From positions 9,044 to 73,043 of the forward strand of contig JBCCBZ010000013.1 in assembly GCA_039033755.1 (NCBI GenBank): DNA of 64,000 nt. The letters are read 5' to 3'. The DNA is from Pseudomonadota bacterium. Lineage in GTDB: Bacteria; Pseudomonadota; Alphaproteobacteria; Sphingomonadales; Sphingomonadaceae. The notes under the pieces are model-generated. The model was not told the origin of the DNA. It saw only the letters and a list, made by a program, of their open reading frames with translations, and ran no database searches. The first letter of the stretch is position 1, and every line of letters starts with the position of its first letter. The position numbers and the translations under genes are program-made. Shown here piece after piece: positions 29,074-38,196 of the stretch.

Positions 29074-29814
29074 TTATCGGGTGAGCACGAGGGTGAGGGG
29101 CGTCACCAGCACGGTGGCGACGCCGACGACATCGTCAAACAGTCGGCGCGCTTTGGAATCGCCGACCACGATCGTGTCGTTCGGGTAGATGCGCGGATCG
29201 AGATAAGCCCCGCGCGTGATCGCATCCATGTTGTAAAGGGTCGCCAGACGCTCCCCGCCCACGGTACGGAAAACCACGACTTCTCGAGAATCGCCGTACT
29301 CGGCGAGACCCCGTGCCGTCGCGACCGCTTTCAGCAGACTGCCTTCGCCCACGATCGGGAACACGCCGGGCTGCTTGACCTGTCCATAGACAGTGAAGGT
29401 CGAATTTTCGGACGACTCAAGGTTTGTAGTGACCTGCGGATCGCGCACGAACTGGCCTTTCAATCGGCTTTCGATCTGTCCGGAGATTTGCGAGGTTGTC
29501 AGCCCGGCGACCTCAACCGTGCCGACGAGCGGAAAGGCGATTTGCCCGTTAGCGTCGACCCGCACGCGCCTTTGGCTCAGCTCCTGAACGCCGAAGACAT
29601 CAATCGTCAGCGTGTCAAAGGGGCGGATCCCCGCGATATCGCTCTTCGCGTACAAATCCGCTGGGGTCGGCGGGGGCAAGTCGCCCTGCCGCACGTCAAG
29701 GCCTGGTGCGCCGCCAAGAGGACGCGGGGTGGCGCAACCCGACAGCGTCAACGCGGCAAAACCGATGGCTGTGAGAAGTGCGGTTTTGCTGTGGGTTCTT
29801 CCGGTTTTCGTCAT
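29074..29814 (-). CDS. wza: Polysaccharide export outer-membrane lipoprotein (Wza/GumB)
   Basis: Lipobox LSGC, poly_export motif DANGQIAFPLVG..VAGLT, SLBB region VYGQVKQPGVFP. Start set at ATG 29814. Confidence 0.92.
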   Translation of the reverse strand: MTKTGRTHSKTALLTAIGFAALTLSGCATPRPLGGAPGLDVRQGDLPPPTPADLYAKSDIAGIRPFDTLTIDVFGVQELSQRRVRVDANGQIAFPLVGTVEVAGLTTSQISGQIESRLKGQFVRDPQVTTNLESSENSTFTVYGQVKQPGVFPIVGEGSLLKAVATARGLAEYGDSREVVVFRTVGGERLATLYNMDAITRGAYLDPRIYPNDTIVVGDSKARRLFDDVVGVATVLVTPLTLVLTR

Positions 29815-31256
29815 GTGTCTGACCTTTCCTTGAAGCGATGGCCACTGCGGCTGCGCGCACGAGCGGGGGCGCTGTGTATCGGGGCCGCCATCCACACCGC
29901 GCACACCGCCGCAAGGCTTGCCAAGGCCGGGGTGCGCAGCGGGTAGTCAACGAGGCTCCACAAGCCGAGGATGAGGAGGATGATAGCGCCCGACAGCGCG
30001 CGCTGGAGATCGATGCCTCCATCATGGCTGTTTCTGAGCAAGGTGAACGCACGCGCAGCCCATCCCAGCGCGGCGATGGCCATCAGGATAAGGGCCGGGA
30101 CGCCCCCTTCCATCGCCCATTCGAGCCAATCGTTATGCGCGTGGTTCCAATAGGATTGGCCGAGCATCGCAGATGGCTCGTGTACCTTGAACACCTCCAC
30201 AAAGGATCCAATTCCAGACCCAAATGGCATGTAGGAGGGCGCAAAATCGACAATCGTTTGCCAGACCAACAGACGGTGTTCCTCAACCTCTCTACTGCCC
30301 GCGTTCAGCACGCGTTCGAAACTGGTCGTACGGGTGAGGATGACGGCGAAGATCGCGAGCAAGATCACCCCAAACACGCTCACAACAAAGGGCAGCCAGC
30401 GCTGTTTTGCGCGAGGTCTGTGCCGTGTTTGCCGGCCTTTTGCACGCGCGCGCCAGATCAGCCCGCTCGCCGCCAGAGTTACAATGGCCATCGCCATCCC
30501 TGCGCGTGATCCTGTGGTCAGCGTCACCATGACTGCAAAGGCACCAAAAGCGGCGCAGGCCGTCGGTATGACGGCGTTGCGTGCTCCCTTGCCGCTCGAC
30601 GCAATGAGGGTCAGCAATGGCAGGCTGGCCACTAACATCGCCGCCAGATGGTTGCGATTGGCGAACAGCCCGCCGGGCGCTTCGACCCGTGGCACTCCGA
30701 AAAAGAAGGTAGAGGGCGCGTACCCGCTCACCGATTGAACAACGGCCCAGACCGCGTTGGCTAGAGCCGCGAACAGAACCATCCAGACCAAAGCGCGGTG
30801 CTGTTCGCGCCGCAGCTGCACCGCGCACACCATCACAGCCGCCGGAACCAGGGCCGCGAAGAAGGTGTTCCACCCGCGATAGGGCACCAGACTGATCGGC
30901 CGCCAAGGTTGTTCAATCCCCGCCGCTTCGCCCGCCGCAATCGCGAGCTCGCGTCCCGGCAACGCCATCCAGAGCGAAGGCGGTAGGGGGATCAGATGCA
31001 GCGCGATTAGTCCCAAGAACGCCGCCATCAGGCTCAACGGAAGGCGGAAACGCCGCCAATCCGCGTGCGTGAGGCTGTGCAGTCCAACCGCCAGAGCCAC
31101 CACCGCCATCGGACGCAGGATGAGAAGGCTAAAGACGTAGTCTTTCGAACTTCCGCCCAGCAGAAACGCGCCCGCGAGCAAAGCCGCGCCGGCATAGAAC
31201 GGCGCTTGGGACCACTCCTCGTTCCTTTGCGCCATAAGATCGCCCTCGGGCTTCAC
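29811..31256 (-). CDS. O-antigen ligase-like membrane protein (Wzy_C domain)
   Basis: Multiple TM helices, GLFANRNHLA, TGSRAG, PFGSGIGSF, HAHNDWLE. Start GTG 31256 or ATG 31235. Confidence 0.85.
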   Translation of the reverse strand: MKPEGDLMAQRNEEWSQAPFYAGAALLAGAFLLGGSSKDYVFSLLILRPMAVVALAVGLHSLTHADWRRFRLPLSLMAAFLGLIALHLIPLPPSLWMALPGRELAIAAGEAAGIEQPWRPISLVPYRGWNTFFAALVPAAVMVCAVQLRREQHRALVWMVLFAALANAVWAVVQSVSGYAPSTFFFGVPRVEAPGGLFANRNHLAAMLVASLPLLTLIASSGKGARNAVIPTACAAFGAFAVMVTLTTGSRAGMAMAIVTLAASGLIWRARAKGRQTRHRPRAKQRWLPFVVSVFGVILLAIFAVILTRTTSFERVLNAGSREVEEHRLLVWQTIVDFAPSYMPFGSGIGSFVEVFKVHEPSAMLGQSYWNHAHNDWLEWAMEGGVPALILMAIAALGWAARAFTLLRNSHDGGIDLQRALSGAIILLILGLWSLVDYPLRTPALASLAAVCAVWMAAPIHSAPARARSRSGHRFKERSDT

Positions 31257-32383
31257 TTAAGGAGCCCTTTCTCGCGCATCTCGGAAAGGCTTTCTTCGTA
31301 GGCGCATGCCTGCGGTCCGGTGCCCTTGGCCCACAGCACCAACTCGGCGATGCCGCGTTCAAAGCTCCACGCGGGTTCGAAGCCCAGCGCAGCCTTGATC
31401 TTCTCCATGCTCGCAAAATTGTGGCGAATGTCGCCGAGCCGAAATTGGCCGGTCACCTGGATCGGCACATCTGCATCGAAAAGCCGTGCCAGCGTGCGCG
31501 CGACTTCCATAACGCTGACCGGTGTGCCGGTGCCGACATTGAAAACGTGGTTCGCCGCATCTGGATGGATTAGCGCGCGCGCGGTCGCCTCCACCACATC
31601 GTCCACATAGACGAAATCGCGGCTTTCCTCGCCATCCTCGAAGACATTGATCCCCTTGCCCTGCATGATGAGGTTGGAGAAGATCGACAGGATGCCGGTA
31701 TACGGGTTCGAAAGCGATTGGCCCGGGCCGTAGACGTTCTGATAGCGCAGCGCTACGCCCTCAATCCCAATCGAAGGGCAGACCGTCATCACCAGCTGTT
31801 CCTGAACCTGTTTGGTTATTCCATAAACACTGGATGGGTGAATTTTGGATTCTTCGTCGGTGGAGGTGAGTTCGAGTTCACCCTCGGCGTCTGGATGCTT
31901 CACCGTGAAATCGCCGCTGCGCATATCGGCTTCGCTGCGGTGGGCGGGGTAGACGTCGCGTCCGTCCTTGGTGCGATATCGCCCTTCGCCATAGATCGAG
32001 CGTGAGGAGGCGACGACCACGCGCCGCACGTCGTGTTCACGATTGGCGAGGATATCGAGCAGCAGCGCCGTCCCACCGATATTGACCGCGTTGTAGCGCT
32101 CAATCGCGTACATCGATTGCCCAGTGCCGGTTTCCGCCGCGAGGTGAACGACCGCCTCGCACGCCTTCAGAGCGTGTTCCAGAGTGGCGCGGTCGGTTAC
32201 ATCGCCGCGAACGATCCGTGCGTTTTCGGCCAGCGCGGCGTAGCCTTTGGTTTTCTCCGGGGTGGGGCCGTGAACCTGCTGAAGGAAGCTGTCGAGCACC
32301 GTCACCGCGTGGCCGTCTTCCGCGAGCCGCTGCGCTAGCCGCGAACCGATAAAGCCCGCGCCGCCGGTGATCAGCACCTTCAT
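31253..32383 (-). CDS. NAD-dependent sugar epimerase/dehydratase (WbiB-like)
   Basis: ITGGAGFIG, HLAAETGTGQSMY, YGITK, RYQNVYGPGQSLSNPYTG, GDIRHN. Confidence 0.88.
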   Translation of the reverse strand: MKVLITGGAGFIGSRLAQRLAEDGHAVTVLDSFLQQVHGPTPEKTKGYAALAENARIVRGDVTDRATLEHALKACEAVVHLAAETGTGQSMYAIERYNAVNIGGTALLLDILANREHDVRRVVVASSRSIYGEGRYRTKDGRDVYPAHRSEADMRSGDFTVKHPDAEGELELTSTDEESKIHPSSVYGITKQVQEQLVMTVCPSIGIEGVALRYQNVYGPGQSLSNPYTGILSIFSNLIMQGKGINVFEDGEESRDFVYVDDVVEATARALIHPDAANHVFNVGTGTPVSVMEVARTLARLFDADVPIQVTGQFRLGDIRHNFASMEKIKAALGFEPAWSFERGIAELVLWAKGTGPQACAYEESLSEMREKGLLK

Positions 32384-33285
32384 TCCGCCGCCTCGCGCGC
32401 GGGCTCGATCAAGGAAACGGTCTGCTCAATATTGCCGGGAGAAGAGGCGCCGAAGACGACCGACTGTATATTGAGCCGGTTGATGTAATCATACGCATCA
32501 GCAGCCGGGACCGCGCCGCTCGCCAGCGTACTCATCGCCATGATCGGGTATTGCGCGCCATCATTGGCGGCTAGGTCGGCTTCGTATTCGGCGACGTCGG
32601 GGCTCATCAGATAACCGATGCGGTTAATTGAGGCGCATATAACGACGCCTTCAATACCCCATTCGCGCAGCTTGGCGCGCAGAAAGGGCAGATTTTGGGT
32701 GATCAAGCCCGGCCAAGCGCCATAACGCTCACGGATATAGGCGCAGTAAGCGACGAATGGATCGGGCACGTCGTAGCCGAGCATCAGATCGGTGATGATG
32801 TTCTGGAGAAACACGCAGCGCACATTGAGGCCGTCGTAAATGGCCATCTCTTCATCGATCAGCATCTTCATCAGCTTCACCGCGTCGAGCGTGGCGACTG
32901 CGCTCGCGCCCCTAACCATCTTTCCAAGCGCCGATTTCGCGCCTTTGTTGAACAAAATGTCCTGCACCGCGCCCACCAGGCCAAGGTCGTTGACCATCGC
33001 AGCGTATTTGTGCGGGTAGGGTATCGAGGGATACCACCGGAGGTGGCCGTAACGTGCGGGATCGGCGCGGAAGGCGTCGCAAATGGCGCGGGCGCGGTCG
33101 TTGCTGTTGAGCATGATCGCCCCGACCCCGGCGTCCATCGCGTGGTCGTAGATCGCCATCACATTTTCCAGTTTGGCGAAGCGTTCGGCGCGTTCTTGCG
33201 CCTTGTCCTGGCTCATATGGTTGATGCCGAAGAACTGGTTGTCGCCAAAGACGATGCGGTCGATCGGAGGCAGTGCGGCGCTCAT
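32380..33285 (-). CDS. Conserved hypothetical protein (possible aldo/keto-reductase-like TIM barrel)
   Basis: IVFGDNQFFGINH N-terminus and C-terminal IMAMSTLASG..VVFGASS..NI pattern. ATGA overlaps on both sides. Confidence 0.65.
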   Translation of the reverse strand: MSAALPPIDRIVFGDNQFFGINHMSQDKAQERAERFAKLENVMAIYDHAMDAGVGAIMLNSNDRARAICDAFRADPARYGHLRWYPSIPYPHKYAAMVNDLGLVGAVQDILFNKGAKSALGKMVRGASAVATLDAVKLMKMLIDEEMAIYDGLNVRCVFLQNIITDLMLGYDVPDPFVAYCAYIRERYGAWPGLITQNLPFLRAKLREWGIEGVVICASINRIGYLMSPDVAEYEADLAANDGAQYPIMAMSTLASGAVPAADAYDYINRLNIQSVVFGASSPGNIEQTVSLIEPAREAAE

Positions 33286-34367
33286 TCGGCGGCCTCCTGC
33301 CAACGGCTAAGCGAGCGCTGACCTGCGTCATCGGCGAAGATCTGCTCGATCACGCGCAAATTCGCCGCTGCGTCGGCGAAGGTGCAGCGCAGACGGGCTT
33401 TGCGTCTCTCCTTCTGCGCGCGCACCGCCTTGATGAAATCGCTGAGCTGCGCGGTGTATTCGATACCCCTGACGTAGAACGGCACCGGTCTCGCCACATC
33501 GGTGATGTAGAGTTGGTTCCAGCCCTCTTTCATCCCGTGCCGCGCATTCGCCCGTTTGAGGTGCAGCTTCATCCCGTGTTGGTCGACAAGCAGGCGGCCC
33601 TTGCGGCCAAACACTTCGAATTTGTTGGTGGGTTTGCGGAAACTGGCGTCCGACCAGTTCACATACATTGTGCCCGAAAGCCCTGGGTGTTCGCCGCCAT
33701 CGTAGAACAGGCTGGTCGAAACGATATCCTCGACCTGTTTGGAATAGACTTTGGACAGGCTCGTCCCGCTCACGCGCGATGGCGGGCCGAAGAGATAGGC
33801 GATGAGGTCAATCGCATGGCTCGCCATTTCAAACACCGCGCCGCCGCCATTGGCGTGAAAGGCGCGCCAGCCCGCCTCGCCTACGTCGCGGGTGATGGTG
33901 GGAGAGAACATCTCGCTGCGAAAGCGTAAGGGTGTGCCCAGCAAGCCTTCGTCCACCAGCGACTTGGCCTTGGTGAACATATCGTTCCAGCGGTTCACAT
34001 AGCCTACCTGATTGACCACGCCGGCCGCGTCGAAATCGCGCGCCATCCGTGCCCCGGTGCTTGCGTCCAGCACGAAAGGCTTTTCGCAAAAGGTCGCAAT
34101 TCGGCGGTCGAGCAGCGCTCGGAGCACTTCGGGATTGTAGGCTGGCGGCGTGCAAACAAGAACGCCATCGAGCGTCTCGTTCTTGAGCAAGCTCTGATAG
34201 TCCTTGTAGGTCGCCATCTTGGCGTATTTGCCCAGCATTGCCGTGACCAGACGTGAGGGTTCCGCCACTGACGTAACGCGCGCGTCTTCGTGCGCGTTGG
34301 CGATCGAGGTGTGGGTGATCCCCATCCGGCCCATGCCAATCACACCCAGCTTCAGCGGCTCAACCAT
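33282..34367 (-). CDS. Gfo/Idh/MocA family oxidoreductase
   Basis: GVIGMGRMG, CEKP, GGGAVFEMASHAID. Confidence 0.88.
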   Translation of the reverse strand: MVEPLKLGVIGMGRMGITHTSIANAHEDARVTSVAEPSRLVTAMLGKYAKMATYKDYQSLLKNETLDGVLVCTPPAYNPEVLRALLDRRIATFCEKPFVLDASTGARMARDFDAAGVVNQVGYVNRWNDMFTKAKSLVDEGLLGTPLRFRSEMFSPTITRDVGEAGWRAFHANGGGAVFEMASHAIDLIAYLFGPPSRVSGTSLSKVYSKQVEDIVSTSLFYDGGEHPGLSGTMYVNWSDASFRKPTNKFEVFGRKGRLLVDQHGMKLHLKRANARHGMKEGWNQLYITDVARPVPFYVRGIEYTAQLSDFIKAVRAQKERRKARLRCTFADAAANLRVIEQIFADDAGQRSLSRWQEAAE

Positions 34368-35154
34368 GGGCGGGATACCTTTTCAAACCCAGCCGCGCGA
34401 GCGCCAGGTGCCAAAAGAACAGCGCGATCTGCGGATAGCGTTTGAGCAACTCGGGCCGGTCGATCGTGCGGACCAGCCAGGCGAGGCGAGTCTTCCACCA
34501 AAGAGCTGCGATTTCCGGCCTGTTGCCTGCGTACCAGTCGAACACGCCTCCAACGGCCACGACCAAAGCGGCGTCGAGCCGGTCGCGGTGGAGGTAGCCC
34601 CACTTTTCCTGTTTTGGCGCGGTCATTCCGAGGAACACGACGTCCGGTTGGAACGCGTTCACCTCCGCGATCATCGCCTCGTTATCGGCGCTGGAGAATT
34701 CGGGTTTGAAGGGCGGCGAATAGACGCCAACCGCGACATCGGGGTAATCGCGCGCCGTGCGATCAGCCATTTTCTCCAGCGTTTCGGGCGAAGCGCCGAG
34801 AAAGAACACGCGGCCCTTTGACGCCTGGAGCCGCTCCATAAAGTGATAGAAGATATCCGGCCCCTGATTGGGCTTCATCGTCCGCCCCGACAAGATCACC
34901 GAAGACAGGCCGAAATACACCCCATCAAGGCACAGGTAATCGGCCTCTCTCATCGCCGCCGCGTAGACCGGATCGCGTGTCGCGTTGCCATAGCTGATCG
35001 GGCTGATCGTCTGGATCGTCGAACACGGGCGCTCCATGGGGATGCCCGCCAGATCGGCGTTGTACACCGCATAACCCATCGCTGCGACGCATTGGATAGG
35101 CGCGGCGCGGTCGGGGGGCGCGGTCAGGCGGGGGAGGGGATCCGCCTCAGCCAT
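34360..35154 (-). CDS. WecB/TagA/CpsF (WecG, GT26) glycosyltransferase
   Basis: DGV..GPD, VFFLGAS, YSPPF, VFLGMTAPKQE, VGGVFD. Start set at ATG 35154. Confidence 0.9.
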   Translation of the reverse strand: MAEADPLPRLTAPPDRAAPIQCVAAMGYAVYNADLAGIPMERPCSTIQTISPISYGNATRDPVYAAAMREADYLCLDGVYFGLSSVILSGRTMKPNQGPDIFYHFMERLQASKGRVFFLGASPETLEKMADRTARDYPDVAVGVYSPPFKPEFSSADNEAMIAEVNAFQPDVVFLGMTAPKQEKWGYLHRDRLDAALVVAVGGVFDWYAGNRPEIAALWWKTRLAWLVRTIDRPELLKRYPQIALFFWHLALARLGLKRYPAHG

Positions 35155-35878
35155 CGCGAAAGGCGTCGCTGTCAAAGATCGGATCTTCGGCGCGCGCGAA
35201 CATCAGGTCGACCTGCCACAGCGCCCCGTCGCTGGGACGGTTGAGCACATCGACGATGTGGCTGACGCGAAAGCCGCGCTCACCTAGAAACGCGATCATC
35301 TGGTGAAAAAGCATCGTCTCGGGCGTGTGACGGAAGTTGTAGGCCTCCATCACGATAAAGCGCGTTTCGGAGAGAACCTGCGCCGCGCCATCGAGGATCG
35401 GCTTTTCAAAGCCATGCGTGTCGAATTTAAGGAAGTACGGCCCGCGCATACCCTTCATCTGAGCGATCGCGTCAAGCGAATGCATCGGGACAGCCCGCGC
35501 CTCTCCCTCCGCGCCGTTGACGCTCGATCCATCAAGGTCAGCGGTGACCGACAATCGCGCCGTGCCGCCGTCTTCGGCCCCAGCCACGGCGCAAATATAA
35601 TCAAAGCGCGGGTTTTCCTGACGCAGCCGCTCAAGGTCCGGCACCCGCTCTTCCAAAGGGTCAACCCCGACCACACGGGTTTTGGGGAACAGAGCGAGCG
35701 CCTTGCGGCTCCAATCGCCCTTGGCCGCGCCCAGATCGAGCACGCTCGCAATCTGATGGTCGCGCCGCGCCAGCCAATCGAGCGCGTAGTCCATATCCGC
35801 GCCGGCGCGATAAAGCTGCGCGCCGGTCGGGGCGATGACCCGGTTGACCTGCCTCAGCAGCTGTTTTCTTGCGCTCAT
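35147..35878 (-). CDS. FkbM family SAM-dependent methyltransferase
   Basis: VLDLGAAKG, LKFDTHGFEKPILDGA, IVMEAY, QVDLMF. Confidence 0.85.
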   Translation of the reverse strand: MSARKQLLRQVNRVIAPTGAQLYRAGADMDYALDWLARRDHQIASVLDLGAAKGDWSRKALALFPKTRVVGVDPLEERVPDLERLRQENPRFDYICAVAGAEDGGTARLSVTADLDGSSVNGAEGEARAVPMHSLDAIAQMKGMRGPYFLKFDTHGFEKPILDGAAQVLSETRFIVMEAYNFRHTPETMLFHQMIAFLGERGFRVSHIVDVLNRPSDGALWQVDLMFARAEDPIFDSDAFRDG

Positions 35879-36044
35879 GCCTTCGTCCTCCGGTTGCCCG
35901 TGGCTTTGCATCACGACCGGAACGCCGGACGCAGGTCTTCCTTCGCGCCATCGTGGTGGATGACCCGTTGGTGGCAGCCAGAGCTGCCCAAACTCACTTT
36001 TTACTGGGACCAGCGTCGTTTCGCGCTGACCCTATGGCGTCCGA

Positions 36045-37028
36045 CTATCCGGGGCCCGAATTGTGCGCGCGCTTCACCTCACCGGCGATCCACGCATAGG
36101 TTTTCTCCATCCCAGAGCGCAGAGTTTCCGACGGCGCCCAGCCCAACTTCTCGCGGATCAAGCGGTTGTCCGAATTGCGCCCGCGCACGCCGAGCGGGCC
36201 GGGGATATTGTCGATACTCATATCTTTGCCCGAGATATCAATCGCCATCTGCGCCAGACCGTTGATCGCGATCATTTCGTCCGAGCCGATATTGACCGGT
36301 CCTTCGAAGTCGGAACGCAGAAGGCGCACGGTCCCTTCAAGGCATTCGTCGATGAAAAGGAAACTGCGGGTTTGTTTGCCATCGCCCCACACTTCGATCG
36401 CGCTGCCTTCCACCGCTTCGGCCACTTTGCGGCACATCGCGGCAGGGGCTTTCTCCTTCCCACCATCCCACGTGCCCTGAGGCCCGAAGATATTGTGGTA
36501 CCGCGCAACCCGGCACTCCATTCCATGATTGCGATTGTAGGCGAGGTAGAGCCGTTCGGAGAACAGCTTCTCCCAGCCATATTCGCTGTCGGGATTGGCG
36601 GGATAGGCGCTGTCTTCGGCGCAATTGGGATTGTTGGGATCGAGCTGGTTATGCTCGGGATACATGCAGGCTGAGGAGGAATAGAACACCCGCTTGATGC
36701 TGCGTTTATGGCACGCATCAAGGACGTTGAGATTAATTGTCGCCGAATTGTGCATGATGTCGGCGTCGTTTTCGCCGGTGAAGATATAGCCCGCGCCGCC
36801 CATATCCGCGGCCAGCTGATACACTTCGTCAAAGGGGCGATCGATGATCTCGCGCACAAAGCTTTGGTCGCGCAGGTCTCCGATGGCGAAATCATCCGCT
36901 TGCGCTTCGGCGTGTTCGTTGAATTTGAGATCAACCCCGCGCACCCAAAAGCCTTCGGCTTTGAGCCGCTTGACCAGGTGGCCGCCTATGAAGCCACCTG
37001 CGCCGCATACCAAAGCCGTCTTTTGCAT
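36045..37028 (-). CDS. GDP-mannose 3,5-epimerase-like NAD-dependent epimerase
   Basis: CGAGGFIG, QLAADMGGAGYIF, YSSSACMYP, YGWEKLFSER, ARYHNIFGP, GGKEKAPAAMCRK, GPLGVRGRNSDN. Confidence 0.85.
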   Translation of the reverse strand: MQKTALVCGAGGFIGGHLVKRLKAEGFWVRGVDLKFNEHAEAQADDFAIGDLRDQSFVREIIDRPFDEVYQLAADMGGAGYIFTGENDADIMHNSATINLNVLDACHKRSIKRVFYSSSACMYPEHNQLDPNNPNCAEDSAYPANPDSEYGWEKLFSERLYLAYNRNHGMECRVARYHNIFGPQGTWDGGKEKAPAAMCRKVAEAVEGSAIEVWGDGKQTRSFLFIDECLEGTVRLLRSDFEGPVNIGSDEMIAINGLAQMAIDISGKDMSIDNIPGPLGVRGRNSDNRLIREKLGWAPSETLRSGMEKTYAWIAGEVKRAHNSGPG

Positions 37029-37099
37029 TCGCTATTGTCCTTTGCGCGTTCGGTTTGGAAAGCTTGTCAACTGGCTTCGCGCCCAATCCGTAATCTTGC

Positions 37100-37114
37100 T
37101 TAAGTCCGCGTTAC
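37100..37114. promoter_or_regulatory. CtrA-like site (one mismatch) upstream of the GME-wza-wzc unit
   Basis: TTAA-gtccgcg-TTAC versus consensus TTAA-N7-TTAA, within a 209-bp intergenic gap. Confidence 0.35.
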
Positions 37115-37237
37115 AGGCCTAGCCGGAGCGAGGGGACGCGACAATTCCTAGTTAGTGCGCATATGGACGTAACCCCGCGACGGGCAAATAGAGTGAGAGC
37201 CAGCCTTTTCGAAAGATCTCTTTGCCTTCGGCACGGC

Positions 37238-38188
37238 TTAGCCTTCGATCAGCCGCTCGGCCCATGCGTTGATGTGGAAGGCGTTTATATCCAGTTTGGA
37301 GGAAACAGGGGTCTCTAGAAATTCAGGCACCGCCGAGAAATCGTGACCGTCGACCAGTAAGAACCGATCTTCCCGATAAAACGGCTCATCAAGGATTCGT
37401 GCGTTCTCGGTGATGATCTTTCGACCAGCGCACATATTCTCGATCAAGCGCATCGTGTAGCCGGACTGGCTGTGGTTGGCGAAGTCGAAGGTGGCGCGGC
37501 TGGCTTCGAGCATGGCGACGATCTCCTCAAAGCCCAGCCCTTGGCCACTGAGACCAGGGATCGATTTTCCCGCGCGGCGCAGCTTGACCCGCATGATCGG
37601 GTTGCACATCAAATGAAACCGGGTCGAAAGCCCCGCGCCCCCGCAAAAGTCGTGCAACCTTGCCAGCGCCTCAAACCGGTGCATCGTCACAAGTGAGCCG
37701 ACGAAGTAGATATCCTGCGCGGCTGGTTCTTGCGGATCGATTTCGAAGAAGCGCGGAATGGCGAACAAGGGCAGATAGGCGATGCCCAATGCGCGCGCGT
37801 CGTCCGGGTCAAAGGTCGCAATGCAATCGAAATGCCGCGCCCAGGGGCGATAGTCGTGGGTGCCGAGAGAATCCCAATTGTAGAGCACAAATTTCGCCTG
37901 GGGGTGGAGCGTACGCAGCCTCTCAATCGCGCTGTGCTGCATCTGGTGGACCTGAATGAACAGCACCATGTCGTAGTCGGCCTCGGCGCTCTCTTCGACC
38001 AACCGGGCGTGATAGGCCGCACGGTGTTTCTCAAAAGCGGAAAAAGCCAGCGTCTTGACTACCTTTGAGGCGAAACCGCGATCTTCGATAGGGCGAAAAT
38101 CGATGGTGTGCCCCAGCCGCCTAAACGCGGCGCAGATGCGCGCGGGATAGTCGAAATAGTCGATGCCGATGAAAAGGATGCGCGCCAT
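37238..38188 (-). CDS. Putative glycosyltransferase (non-canonical GT-B, polysaccharide biosynthesis protein)
   Basis: LYNWDS, ATFDPDD, YLPLF, QSGYTMRLIE..GRKIITEN pattern seen in EPS/LPS-cluster proteins. Confidence 0.6.
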   Translation of the reverse strand: MARILFIGIDYFDYPARICAAFRRLGHTIDFRPIEDRGFASKVVKTLAFSAFEKHRAAYHARLVEESAEADYDMVLFIQVHQMQHSAIERLRTLHPQAKFVLYNWDSLGTHDYRPWARHFDCIATFDPDDARALGIAYLPLFAIPRFFEIDPQEPAAQDIYFVGSLVTMHRFEALARLHDFCGGAGLSTRFHLMCNPIMRVKLRRAGKSIPGLSGQGLGFEEIVAMLEASRATFDFANHSQSGYTMRLIENMCAGRKIITENARILDEPFYREDRFLLVDGHDFSAVPEFLETPVSSKLDINAFHINAWAERLIEG

Positions 38189-38196
38189 CGGAAGGA

